This document shows positions 51,004 through 63,103 of a DNA stretch of 64,000 bases, piece by piece (position 1 is the first letter of the stretch; the number at the start of each line of letters is the position of its first letter). The stretch lies in contig NC_086378.1 of NCBI RefSeq assembly GCF_036588685.1, positions 52,266,001 through 52,330,000 on the forward strand. Reading direction: 5' to 3'. The position numbers and the translations under genes are program-made. The notes under the pieces are model-generated. The model saw only the letters and a list, made by a program, of their open reading frames with translations. It searched no databases and was not told where the DNA came from. This DNA is from Mytilus trossulus (Eukaryota).

Positions 51004-52444
51004 AATATATAGATGCAAATTAAATACGATTGTTACAGGGTTTGTGTAAATCTAACCGCTCAGAACGAATTGTATTGAAGATGGATTTTAGTGTACAAAA
51101 CAATAATTATTTACAATTCATGAATTGGAAATTTTAAGCTCTCTATGTCCATTCAGGTTTTTTAAATTTTTATTCAAAGCATAATTATTGATTCATGAAT
51201 CAAAAAATAAACCTTTATCCTTTGGTATGGTAAAATAAAGCTGAAGTTGTGAATTATAGTTTATTAAAATACTTAAAACCAAACCCTGAATAATGCATAT
51301 TTTTTTGGGCGAGTAATATATCAATGCTAAGTTTTTGTCCGATTTTCAATGAAACAACGATCCATCAAAAATCAAAGCACAAGCATGAAAACAAATGAAG
51401 GTCACTGCAGGGCCTTTGACAATGAACAGCATATACGTTTCAAACATATCTATCAATTGTTATTATTGCTCTTTTTTTCTGATTCATTTCTAGAAACCTT
51501 AAGGAGATAGTTAAATCTGCATTATGTATCATGAGGGCATGGGTGGGGTTTACATTTTGAATTATTTTATACGTGTCATTTTGGGCCTTATATAGCAAAC
51601 TAGGGGATATGGGTCAGTTCGTTGTTGAAGGACGTACTGTAACCTATAGTTATTAACATCTTCGTCATTTGGTCTCTGGTAGAGAGTTGGTTTTTTTGCT
51701 ATCATACTTTATATTCTTAGTTTTATATTTGATAAGCGTCCTTCCCTTGCATCAATTTGCCCCAAAGAACCCTATAATATATCTACTCTGTGTAGTATAC
51801 TATTCAATTATCTTAGCAATGAAACTAGACTTAGTATATTTGTCGTAGTTACCATTCATTCCTGTTTCAGTTATTAAACATTTTACCAGGACATCACTGG
51901 GGTAAAGCTGATGACCGTAACTGCATTCACGGTCATCCCAAGATGTCGGATGAAAAATTAGGTCAGTTTTTTTATTGTCTGTTAAGGTGTTTCTACATCA
52001 TTGTCTTTACAAAGCATACTTTGATACGATGTAAATTTATAAAAGATTCACATGGAAGTCACAAACCTCTACCGAGGAACGTGTATAAAACGGGAATTTG
52101 GATTTGAAAAATTCGCTAGGATGACCGTAAATCGTAATCGAGATGACCGTAACCGGACTAGCAATTCATAACAAGGCTGACCGTAATTGGTTAAAAGATG
52201 ACCGTAAATTGTTAAGGATGACCGTAAATTGTTAAGGATGACCGTAACTTTTAAAGGATGACCGTCAATTCTAAGAAAAGTTCATATTTGTTTTCATAAC
52301 TGTTTGTCGACTTTTTCTCAATAGGGGTTCGTAACGTTTAGCGGTTATAAATATGTTTTATCTATTTCTTTTCAACTATTTGCCGTATTTAGAGTTTATG
52401 ACAATGATAGTAAATTGCATATTTCTCGTAAATAATTAAATATT

Positions 52445-52749
52445 TAAGGAATGACTGTAATATTTTTTTCTGTCTATGAAGAAATAACATAAAAAACTTG
52501 GTGCACACTGAATAATGCGCGTAGCATGCTATTTAACAGTGTGCATCACATTTTTTATGTTATTTCGAATAGACAGAAGAAATATTAGTCATTTCTTATA
52601 ATTCAATTCTAAATGCCATTTTAAACCATAGAAAACCATGAAAAAACGTTGATGACGTCACGGTCTCATGAGAAAATTATGTCTATGGGCTCATAACAAA
52701 ATAACGTAAGCCAATCAGAAGACGCGTTACATCCAAAATTAAATTATTT
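52445..52749 (+). mobile_element. long-hairpin element 5 (Crypton-like), nested in the foldback element
   Basis: Hairpin 52445-52598; TAATTCAATT / AATTAAATTA brackets; CCAATCAG at 52711. Confidence 0.55.
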
Positions 52750-53109
52750 ATTGATAACAACGTTAAAATTTGAATACAAATAAAATATTTTATTTTTCAA
52801 ATCAGAGTCCCAAAGCGGGACAATTACCAATAATGAAAGTATATGCAACAAACATTGAAAATTATATAACGTGACAGATATTATAATAGACAAATGACAA
52901 TAAATTTGTTCATCTGTATAGGAGACACCAATTCAAGGGACGGTGCTGTATGATATACTGTTGATTGCGATAGGCAATAACAGCAATCCTCTTCGTGTCA
53001 GAAGCAGATGAACAAAAATAAATAGAGAAACTGAATCCTGTCACTTAAAAAATATTTTTTTCACAAATAACAACAATAACTAATTTTGCGAAACATGGAA
53101 TACAAATCT

Positions 53110-54140
53110 GCTATTTGCAGTGTTTAACCAGGAATATACACAACTCTTTTCATACAGTTGAGTTCTCACAAGACAGCAGCCGTAGCAATTTCTCTTGGGA
53201 ATTTAGGTTAATGAAATTGGAACATGATTCAGATGTGATATAAATAGTGTCTGTCTTCGTTATATTTTGTGCAATAAAAGATAAAATGAACTTCATTTTC
53301 AATATTACCAGAATTACATTGCTGACATACGGTCTAAGGTTTGGAGGAGTATCCTGGTATCTTTCTATTTTAATCTGCAAATGGTGAGATGACACCCTCA
53401 ATTTTGTTAATGATCTCCCACGCTAAAATGTTGTTATGATATTTATATAGATACTTTTTTAACCATAATTATCCTTAACTATCACATAAGTGCGGAGCTC
53501 TCCTTCTGATTTCTTGGTCAGCTGATCCTTCCAAAATTTGTATGCACGTCTCTTTCAATATTTTCCTGATGGTATTATTTGAAATATTTTCCCAATCATT
53601 TAGATTCGCAAAACCAGGAAGAGTTTTTAAAATGTGTTGGAGAAAGCTATACCATGACGATTTATACTGAGAATATAGAGATTTGAATGCTGGTATGCAT
53701 CTTGTAATAAAGGAAATTATTCTTATTTTTTAGTCTAAGCCAATAATTCAAAACAGACCTCACTAATTAAAAGTACAGTGGAAAGTTAAAATAAGGCTGC
53801 AAAATTTGTGTTTTTATTTGTGCCGACCAGAATGAATTTACAAAATTTACTGTGTAGCTTTTCCAAGTTAAATTTGAATACATTTTATCCATGCAAATTA
53901 GTTGTTTCCATATCTAAATTTTGCTATCAAGGGATTGAATGAGCTCCAAATTTCACTTCCATATAGAGGAATAAGCTTAATAGCATACTCAAAAACATGC
54001 ATACAGTACTAGTTTTTAAGGATTTAGAGATAATATGCCTATTAATATTTACATGGTCTAGAGATTTTTTGCAAATAGTTGGGAAGGTCATTGATGAAAA
54101 TCTTAAACAGGTTAGGACTTATGTTATCTCCTTGTATAAT
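53110..54140 (-). mobile_element. decayed non-LTR retrotransposon (LINE) RT/C-terminal fragment nested in the foldback element
   Basis: Minus-strand peptides QGDNISPNLFKIFINDLP, PLYGSEIW, EKLHSKFCKFIL and SLTKLRVSSHHLQIKIERY. Confidence 0.8.
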
Positions 54141-54489
54141 TCCAAACTGTGTAGGGAAGAATATAATACAAATTGACAGCGATGCGACGAAAAGTTGAAG
54201 AAAAAAAAACATTGATTAAGCATAAGATTATCCAGCGAAATCAGATTAAAATCTTAACATCTGCCTTGAAATATACAAACAGTCCATTGACAACACCGGA
54301 TCCGATGGAACTGCAAAATGTATTCGGCATTCAGTTGGTTTGACTGAGATTAAACCTTCCGTAACAAATGAAAAGCAATATGTTCAGTAAATGTTCCATT
54401 AGATAAGGATTTCAATACGGAAATGAAGTCTTCGTATCGCCCTATCTCTTTTAGTTTTGCTTCAATATTTGGCAATAGTTCATAAATAT

Positions 54490-54695
54490 AAAAAAAAAAG
54501 ATGTGGTATAATTGCTAATTAGACAACTCTCCAAAAGACAATTCTCCACTGGAGACCAAAATGACACAAAAATCAACAATTATAGGTTACCGGACGGTCT
54601 TCATCAATGAGCAAAGTACATACCGCATAGTCAGTATAAAAGGCCCTCTAAATAACAATGTAAAAGAAATTCAAACGAGAAAACTAACGACCTAA
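54490..54695 (+). repeat. abundant short interspersed repeat (aagatgtggtat...ataggtcaccg...gcatagtcag); further copies at ~25050-25170, 25750-25855, 32005-32140, 51570-51730, 57350-57500, 59900-60060
   Basis: Multiple diverged copies on both strands within the window. Confidence 0.75.
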
Positions 54696-55512
54696 TAAAG
54701 TTCATTTTTAATTCCGTTGGACACCCTTCTTGGACATAAGCGCCACTGACTTTAAAATTGGAGGAACATCTTTTGAATGCTATAGTTAGTTCTTCTAAAT
54801 TTATAATTTGGTTTTCACTTGTATAATTTAGATTTTTTACAGGTGCCCTCCAATAATATATATGCAACACTATCGTGCAAAGTAGGTGCAACATATATAC
54901 ACCTGTTTCCTTTGGTTATACGTTACATGCAGGTTAAAATGTTTACATAGTAAGCACATTGTCTACAAGATAGCTCATGTTCAAAGCTAGCAAGATTCCT
55001 CTTTCATTCGGATACGATTTTCAGTTGGTGGAATATGTATTTGAAGCAAGTCTTATTTTCTTCTACCTATCGGATAATGCAGTCTTATAAATACGTTTTA
55101 TACTAACACAATTAATTATTTGATACAAAAAAGGTAATACAAATACGGATATCTATTAGAATCGATGGTCATCCTTTATAAATTACGGTCATCCTTTACA
55201 AATTACGGTCATCTTTTTATCAATCACGGTCATCCTTGTTTTATGTTACGGTCATCTTGAAAATATTTTACTTGCGATTTACGGTCATCTTAGCGATTTT
55301 TTCAAATCCAATTTCCTGTTTCATACACATTTCTCGATAGTTATATGTGATTTCCGTGTGATTCTTTTATGCATTTACATCGTACCAATGTATGCTTTGT
55401 AAAAATTGCTTTAGAAACACTTAAACAGACAATACAAATACTGACCTAATTTTTCATCCGACATCTTGGGATGACCGTGAATGCAGTTACGGTCATCAGC
55501 TTTACCCCAGTG

Positions 55513-58100
55513 AGGACATACAGAGAGATTATCAAAGCAATTTGTAGTTAACTTGATGATATTATTGTGTATTGCATTTGTGTTTACAACCGATATAATT
55601 GTTTAGTGTATCATAATAATTCTGTAGATGTTTTTTTAAATTTAGTGTCGATGAATTGCTGTTTCATTTAAGTAAACCCTCATGTCCATTGATTTATAGG
55701 ATTACGTACTAACACATTTTTGTGTGCCAGGCTTTCTGTGTATGTGTGATGTTATTTGAGGTATTATTTAAATTCTTTAAAAATAATGGTTAACCATATT
55801 TACGTCGAAATGATAATATTAGATACGGATGTTTTAATAAAGCATTCTTTTCTACATCCTGAATATTGGGTTACGAAAAACAAACTTTTAATATACACAC
55901 AGAAACGAACAAAGATATAACAATGGATAAGCGTAATTCCCTTGTATCAATTTTCCCCAATGAACCTTATAATATATATACTCTGTGTAAAACACGTCCA
56001 CATTATCTTAGCAATTATATTGCCTTACAATGAAGTTGTGACAATAATGTGTGGTATATATTTGACGTAGTTACCATTCATTCCTGTTCCAGTAAACAAA
56101 AAACTTATAAAACATTATACAAGGACATGCAGAAATCATCAAAGCAATTTGTATTTTACTTGATGATATTATTGTGTGTTACATCTGTGTTTACATAATT
56201 TGTAGTGTATTATGATAATTATGTCTTTTGGATTTTAGTGTTGAAGAGTTGCTGTCTCATTTAATTATACATGTTTGTTTGCCAGGCTTTTTGTGTTATA
56301 TGTGTGAAGTTATTTGAGTTATTATTTAAATTCTTTAAAAATAATGGTTTACCATTGTGTCGAAATGATAATATTGGATACGGATGATTTACTAAAGCAT
56401 TCTTTTCTACGTCCTGAATATTGTGTTACGAAAACAAACTTTTAATAAAGGCTGCAGAGGTATACCTCTGTTCGAAATTCATAAATCGATTGAGAAAAAA
56501 ACAAATCCGGGTTACAAGCTTAAACTGAGGGAAACACATCAAATATAAGAGGAGAACAATGACACAACAGAAACACAAAATTAAAATATAACACACACAG
56601 AAACGAACTAAGATAACACTGGTCATTCCCCTGACTTGGTACAGGACATTTTAAGTAAAAGAAATGGTGGGTTAAACTTTGTTAAACATAGAAATCGTTA
56701 AACCATTAATAGCCACAAATAGTAAAGATAATCTTTTCCTTTGGTAGGATCGAAGTCCTCAGTATTTTGAAAAGTCATAGTAAGTCATGGAAACAGTCAC
56801 GAAAGTACTCAGATTTAAGATAAGAAATTCAGGTAAGTTCATACCAACAACTATTATCACTAAAACGATCGCACATAAACATGTATCAATAATGACTAGA
56901 CTGCTTCTACAAAGTTCCTTTCAAGTATTGGCCTACTAATTGACCAGAAAATTATAAAAACTTCGCTTAACATCTGCATCCAGTTAAAGGATAACTGTAT
57001 ATAAAACTCTCTTTTGTGTTCAACAATCACAAAGAAACTCGTCTTACAAATATCAATATTATCAACAACTTGTCACGTCAGTCATAATTGAACTGTAAGT
57101 GTGCATTTCAACATACCTTCTTTCGTATAATTTATTTGTTATTGACGATTTATAGATCAATATGGACTTTTGCTATCCACCAAAGATCAAAGCGCAAGAA
57201 TGAAAAAAGAAAGTAGGTCACTGCAGGGCCTTTGACAATACACATCCTATATGTCAAACATTCTTATTCATTTACTGTTTACTTGAGATAATTCAAACTT
57301 CATAATGTACTATGATGGTATGGATTGTTTAATATTTTTAATTATTTGACAGGTGTCATTTCGGGGCCTTTTGTATCTGACTATGCGGTAAACTGTTTGC
57401 TCATTTTTGAAGGCCGAACATTAACCTATTGTTGTTTACTTCTACTTCATTTGGTCTCTGGTAGAGACTTGTTTCATTGGCAATCACACTTCATATTGTT
57501 AGTTTAATATTGGATATAAGCGCCATTTCCTTGTATCAATTTTCCACAATTATGATGTATCTTCTCTGTGTAAAACACTGCCACATTATCTCAAAAAAAC
57601 AATTGTCTTACAGCATAAGTAATTTGATCCATTTCCAATTCATTCCTATTTCAGTAATACAGTTGATGAAAGTTTTTACCAGGACGTACAGAGAGATTTT
57701 TAAAGCACTTTGTCTTTAACTTGATGATGTTATTGTTTGTTTCATTTGTTTTTACCACTGATAAAATTTGTAGTGTTTTATGATAATTCTGTAGATGTCT
57801 TTTAAATTTTAGTGTTGAAGAGTTGCTGTCTCAAATTTTAAAAGTGTACCCCCATCTTCGATTATTAATAGAAAAGTTTTATCACTTCTTTGTTTGTCAT
57901 GTTTTTGTGTATGTGCGGTGTAATATAACTGATAATTTAAATCCTTTAACAATTAAGTGTTACGTTCGTGTTTAAATAATAATACTGGATACGGATATTC
58001 CAACAATGCATTATTTTAAGAAAGGAAACTACATCCTTGATATTGTGTTACGAAAAACAATTTTTAAACTTGGCTAACATAGAAATCATTATATCGTTAA
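55513..58100 (+). repeat. three diverged copies of the GPCR intergenic flank unit
   Basis: Blocks such as ggataagcg..cccttgtatcaattt, aggac.t.cagagagattatcaaagca and catcctgaatattg.gttacgaaaa recur at ~51730/55513, 55925, 57515 and 60060. Confidence 0.8.
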
Positions 58101-58159
58101 TACATTACACGTCTTCATTTGTTATAACAAGTGTTTTGAATATCAGCAAAGAGATTAAT

Positions 58160-59335
58160 ATGAATAATAACACTATTCCAAATAATATAACTTTATCAGA
58201 ATGGAACATGGAAATAACGACCAGCCTATTGCCAAATATCATCATACTTTCCGTTTATCTTGTTCTTGGTATTTGTGGAAACGTCTTTGTGTTGATGGTG
58301 TATGCATTTCAAATGAAGAAGGTATCAGATGAAAGACATTTCATTCCAATTTTAGCTTTCTTTGACATGATAGCAACATTATATCTTGGAGTTCATTATA
58401 TTGTTCAGTGTTTTTATCAGACGACATTTTCAAACAACATTCTGTGCAAGACACTTGTGTTTTTTGTTGCAAATACTACCTATTACTCAGTTTTCATATT
58501 ATTTATTATTGCAATTCAGAGATACATGAAACTTTGTATGCTTCAAAAACCATCTATGTCGATTTTGATGAGAAGAACTGCATTGTTTCTGGCCATTCTC
58601 TTATCCGCTCTGTTCGCTTTACCGTTACCATTTATATACGGCACCATTAAATACCAAAGCACTGACTATGGTATCTCAGGAATGAGGTGTGGAAGATTAA
58701 AAGAAGGAAGTGGTGTCATCATGACTTTATATTCGATTGGATTTGGTATGTACGTCTTCGTCTTAGTAACAACACTTATCGTCATTTACAGCAAAATTCT
58801 AAAAACTGTGTTTCGTAACTTAAAGGAACACAAAAGTGACACCACTGGTTCTACGAAAGAAATCGAAAAGACAGATGGAGATGGAAGTCGTCCTGATATT
58901 GGTTGTAAAGAAATAGAGGTGAGCATTATATCTGCAAAAGCAGCAAAACAGGCAATGATTCCCGAAACTTCGACAGATTCTGTCGGACAGCACGTCAGTA
59001 GAAGCCCTGTAGCAAATACTGTGGAATCAGCTCTATCCGGGAAACGAAGAACACGAAATGAAATAACTCGCAAAATCACAATTATGTTTTTTATCATTAC
59101 GACAGTATTTGTACTTTGTTATATACCAAAGGTTACAATTCTGTGTCTTGAAGGAATCTACGATGGGTTTTGGGAAAATCTGTCCTCCTCGCTAAGACCT
59201 GCTGTGACGTTCCTGTATCATATCTTCATTATCAATAATATAGTAAACCCTTTGATTTACGCTTTTATGGACATCGAGTTTCGTGATAATGCAGTAATCT
59301 TTTTGAAACGCATGTTTAATTCGTGTATGAAATGA
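58160..59335 (+). CDS. orphan class A GPCR, copy 3 (391 aa)
   Basis: Same motifs as copy 1 (AIQRY, CYIP, NPLIY). The true start is MNNNTIP at 58160 by homology with copies 1 and 2; the track ORF extends to a TTG. AATAAA at ~59536. Confidence 0.92.
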   Translation: MNNNTIPNNITLSEWNMEITTSLLPNIIILSVYLVLGICGNVFVLMVYAFQMKKVSDERHFIPILAFFDMIATLYLGVHYIVQCFYQTTFSNNILCKTLVFFVANTTYYSVFILFIIAIQRYMKLCMLQKPSMSILMRRTALFLAILLSALFALPLPFIYGTIKYQSTDYGISGMRCGRLKEGSGVIMTLYSIGFGMYVFVLVTTLIVIYSKILKTVFRNLKEHKSDTTGSTKEIEKTDGDGSRPDIGCKEIEVSIISAKAAKQAMIPETSTDSVGQHVSRSPVANTVESALSGKRRTRNEITRKITIMFFIITTVFVLCYIPKVTILCLEGIYDGFWENLSSSLRPAVTFLYHIFIINNIVNPLIYAFMDIEFRDNAVIFLKRMFNSCMK

Positions 59336-61465
59336 AATATCAAGATGCAAACTTAAATACGATTTTTACAAACAAACAAAAATCTCACCGTTCAGAACAA
59401 ATTGTAAAGAAGATTGATTCTAGTGAACATAATTATATTTGTTTTCAATTCTTGAACAAAAATTTTAGCTTCCTTTGTTCATTCATTTCTTTTTTATTAT
59501 TATTAAAAGCAAAATTATTGATTCATAAATCATGAAATAAATTTTTTATCCTTTGTTTTTTTACAATTAAGCTGAAGTGGTGAACTATAGTTCATTAATT
59601 GTAAAATACGTTTGTTATATAAGAGTAATATACATGATATATCGATGCAAAGTTTTGGTCCGATTTCCAATGAGACAACGATCCATCAAAGATCAAAGCA
59701 TAAGAATGAAATCAAATGCAGATCACTACAGGGCCTTTGATAATGAGCAGCATATATATACGTATCAAACATATCTATTACTAGTAGTTGTTGTTATTTT
59801 TCTTTATTTCTCATTTATTTTTAGTATACTGGAGGAGATAATTTAAACTGCATACTGTATCATGAGAGTCTGGATGGGGTTTTCATCTTGAATTAATGTA
59901 TACGTATCATTTCGGGGCCTTAAACAGCCGACTTTGCGGTGTTTGTTTGCTCATTGTTGAAGGACGTACGGTAATCTCTAGTTCTTCAACTTCTTCTTTT
60001 GGTCTCTGGTAAAGGGTTGTTTCTTTGGCACTCATACCTCATACTCTGAGTTTTATATTGGATAAGCGTCCTTCCCTTGTATCAATTTTCGCCAATGAGA
60101 GTTATAATATATCTACTCTGTGTAAAACACTACCACATTATCATAGCAATGAAATTGTCTTACAATAAAACTAGGAGTAAGTATATGTGTTGTAGTTACC
60201 ATTAATTCCTATTCCAGTAAAACGTTATAAAACATTATACCAGGACGTGCAGAGAGATTATCAAAGCAATATTTATTTAACTTGATAATATTATTGTGTG
60301 CTGCATTTTGTGTTTACTACCGATATCATGTGTACTGTGTTATGATCATTTTGTAGATGCCGTTTGGTTTTAAATGTCTTATTGAAGTATACCCCCATCT
60401 CCATTTATTAACAGTTTACAGCAATTCTTCCCTGAATCATTGTTCAAGTTCCTAACAAAATTTGAGAACATACTTTTATTTATTATATATGTTTAGTTAT
60501 TGGAATGAAGAAAGCTTTAATTTGGAAAAAAATAGTATATTAAGTTTTTTTGTTCAATGTATTTCAACGAAAACATTTTACATTTGTATATGACTTTGTG
60601 TAGATATAAGTGACATGATGTCACACATATTTAGGGTAATAACGTCTTTCCAACCACGACTGACATCTATGACATGATGTTATACTACAGATAAGGGGTT
60701 TGATAAAGACTTTTAAAACGTGACTGATATCGAAATAATCACGGATGGCTGAGCACAATTGATTATAATATACTAACAATTTACTTCTTTTATCTATTTA
60801 GTATATAATAAAAGACCAGGATGTAACACAATCCAACAGATGGACTTCTTCAGTTTCAATGATTTTATTAAATTGAACACAATAGGTGTTCATATGAAGA
60901 ATTATCTCGTATACTAGTATTCAAATTTTAAAAATTTTTTGTTCCTTGTGAAATTAAAATAGGAATGAATAAAAGTGGAAAAAATATGGTCTCGTTTTGC
61001 TAGTTGGCTTCTATCAAGTACACCTGTCTAAGGCAACACGTACGGTATCCAGATCAGAATCAGTATTCAAAATATAGCTTGTATTACAAGACAAAATGTG
61101 AACAACAGAAATGTAAATAATAATAGAACATTCAATACTTCAAACCCGATAGAACTTAAATTTTAAGGAACTGCCACACAAATCCAAAGTGAGAACCAGT
61201 TTTCTAGGAATGAAAGTACCGCTTTCAGTTAATCTAGTTTATTATTGACCAACATTTAATAAAACTATTCTGCCTTAGCAACATAATTGACAAAACAAAA
61301 AAGAACGTATCTATAGAGGGATGGGATATGGGTGTTTGATCCAAACCTCTTTAAAACCTACAATAGAAAAACAAACCGTTTTCGCCATCAAGCATTGGCA
61401 AGATCATGGATAAATATGAACTCATCAAAAGCAGGAAATAATTACACTTATATATCTTAATTGAA

Positions 61466-61660
61466 TAAACTCATCATTGATACCAGGCCAAAATTCAGTA
61501 TATACGCCAGACGCGCGTTTCGTCTACAGTAGACTCATCAGTGACGCTCGAATCCAAGAATGTTAAAAAGGCAAAATAAAGTACGAAGTTGGAAAGCATT
61601 GATGACCGCAATTCCTAACAGTTTTGCCAAATACAGCTAAGGTAATCTATGCCTGATTTA
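61466..61660 (-). mobile_element. retrozyme-type repeat fragment carrying the intact hammerhead
   Basis: Aligns with 3360-3530 and 62590-62740. Confidence 0.75.
61504..61547 (-). ncRNA. type I minimal hammerhead ribozyme, canonical core
   Basis: Minus strand reads GCGTCA-CTGATGA-GTCTA ctg TAGAC-GAAA-CGCGCG-TC^TGGCGT. Stem I is GCGUCA/UGGCGU, with the CUGAUGA and GAAA core, stem II, a short palindromic stem III and a GUC cleavage triplet. Confidence 0.85.
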
Positions 61661-62620
61661 CTAGTAGTAATGTACAACAGAAAACTATCAAAAGTAAGTG
61701 TGAGGATTGTTGGTCAAGAATAAATCAGGTCTACGAAACAAATCGAGAGTACCAGATACTTAAATTACAATGAATATCTGTGAATATTTTCCCTAGAAAA
61801 TTTATATTATACGAGCTTGCGAATGGCTTCACCCCAGGCCAATACAGCAAGCATCGGACCAATAACAAGGCCAATACAGAATACTTACGTAATTATATCA
61901 TAAGGATGTCCAGTACGTTCATATCGACAATTATAGTAGCTGAACATTTGTCTCAAAAACGACTGAACGTCTTTGTATTGGTCTACTAATCTACAAGAAA
62001 ATTTATAAATTTTATTCTATATTTGCATCGAGTAAATTATCATGAAAAAGCAGAACAGCAAATATTTCAGTTCTACTGATTTCAGCTAGTTCAACTTTAA
62101 ATAGACTCGTTTTCACTCGTGTCTGGAGCACATACAAATGTTCAATCCTGGTATCAATGATGAGTTTCATTTCAAATATCAACATTGTCCGGACAAGCAG
62201 AAATACTTAACGTAAGTGTCTAGTAACCAACCAGACACTGGTTGTATTTATTGATTGAAATTTAAATAAGGAGATGTAATTTGCTTTGTTAATTCAACAC
62301 CTAGCATTTAAAGATCAAGCACAAAAATGAAAAAAAAATACACCCAGGTCACCGTACGGTCTTCGAAAACGATCAAACAATACATATCGAACATATTTAT
62401 CAAGTGCCATTTTATTTTCTATTTTAACAGATTTGTTTTAGGGTAAACTGGAGATAACTCAATTTGTATAATATCAAATCTCCGTTAAAATTCATTTCAC
62501 GTCAGATACATACTAATGATGTCACTTGTAGAGCATAAAATGCCAACCCCTTGGATACACGTTCTCTCTGTTTATTTTTGGTAAGAATAGTTTTCAAAGA
62601 TACCAGGATTATAATTTTGT

Positions 62621-62664
62621 ACGCCAGACGCGCGTTTCGTCTACATAAGACACATCAGTGACGC
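62621..62664 (-). ncRNA. type I hammerhead ribozyme with one core mutation (CUGAUGU)
   Basis: GCGTCA-CTGATGT-GTCT tatgt AGAC-GAAA-CGCGCG-TC-TGGCGT, inside a retrozyme-type repeat at ~62590-62830. Confidence 0.65.
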
Positions 62665-63103
62665 TCATATCAAAATATTTACAAAGACAAACAAGTACAA
62701 AGTTGAGGAGCATTGGGGATCCAAAGTTGGGCCAAATACTGGGATAAGAAAATCCTTAGTTTTTCAATAAATTCAAAGTTTTGTAAACAGGAAGTTTATA
62801 AATATGACCACACTATTCATATTCAAAAAGAAGTGCAATGCTTAATCTTAAGGTTTCAGCAACATGTTGGTTTTACCCCGCAAAGTCATGTGGTTCCCTC
62901 GACCCATGGTTTTAATATTTTGACTGTTCACCGTTTTACCTTAAGTTTGCCGACAAAAAAAATAATCATGCTTATCGTGGCATCATTAATATAGTTGCAC
63001 ACAAGTGGCTTTCATTTTTATCAAGATGTTCTTGTTGACATTTATGATGTACTTACTGTGTCCAACCATATTATATAAGTAAACACCGCGATTTTCCAAT
63101 TTA

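Larger units (their letters stand above)
51895..55512. mobile_element. 3.6-kb foldback DNA transposon derivative with ~350-370-bp TIRs (CACTG...CAGTG) and 7-bp TSD AGGACAT; Galileo/P-like
   Basis: The first ~70 bp of the TIRs are a perfect inverted repeat. There are internal arrays of GATGACCGTAA. TSD at 51888-51894 and 55513-55519; paralogous empty sites at ~56121, ~57681 and ~60242. Confidence 0.9.

Noticed and set aside
51895-55512. classification as CACTA/EnSpm or Transib because of the CACTG ends
   Set aside because: The TSD is 7 bp (confirmed by empty sites), not 2-3 or 5 bp.
58037-58159. 41-aa N-terminal extension of GPCR copy 3
   Set aside because: Starts at TTG, has no counterpart in copies 1 and 2, and derives from the repeated flank unit.
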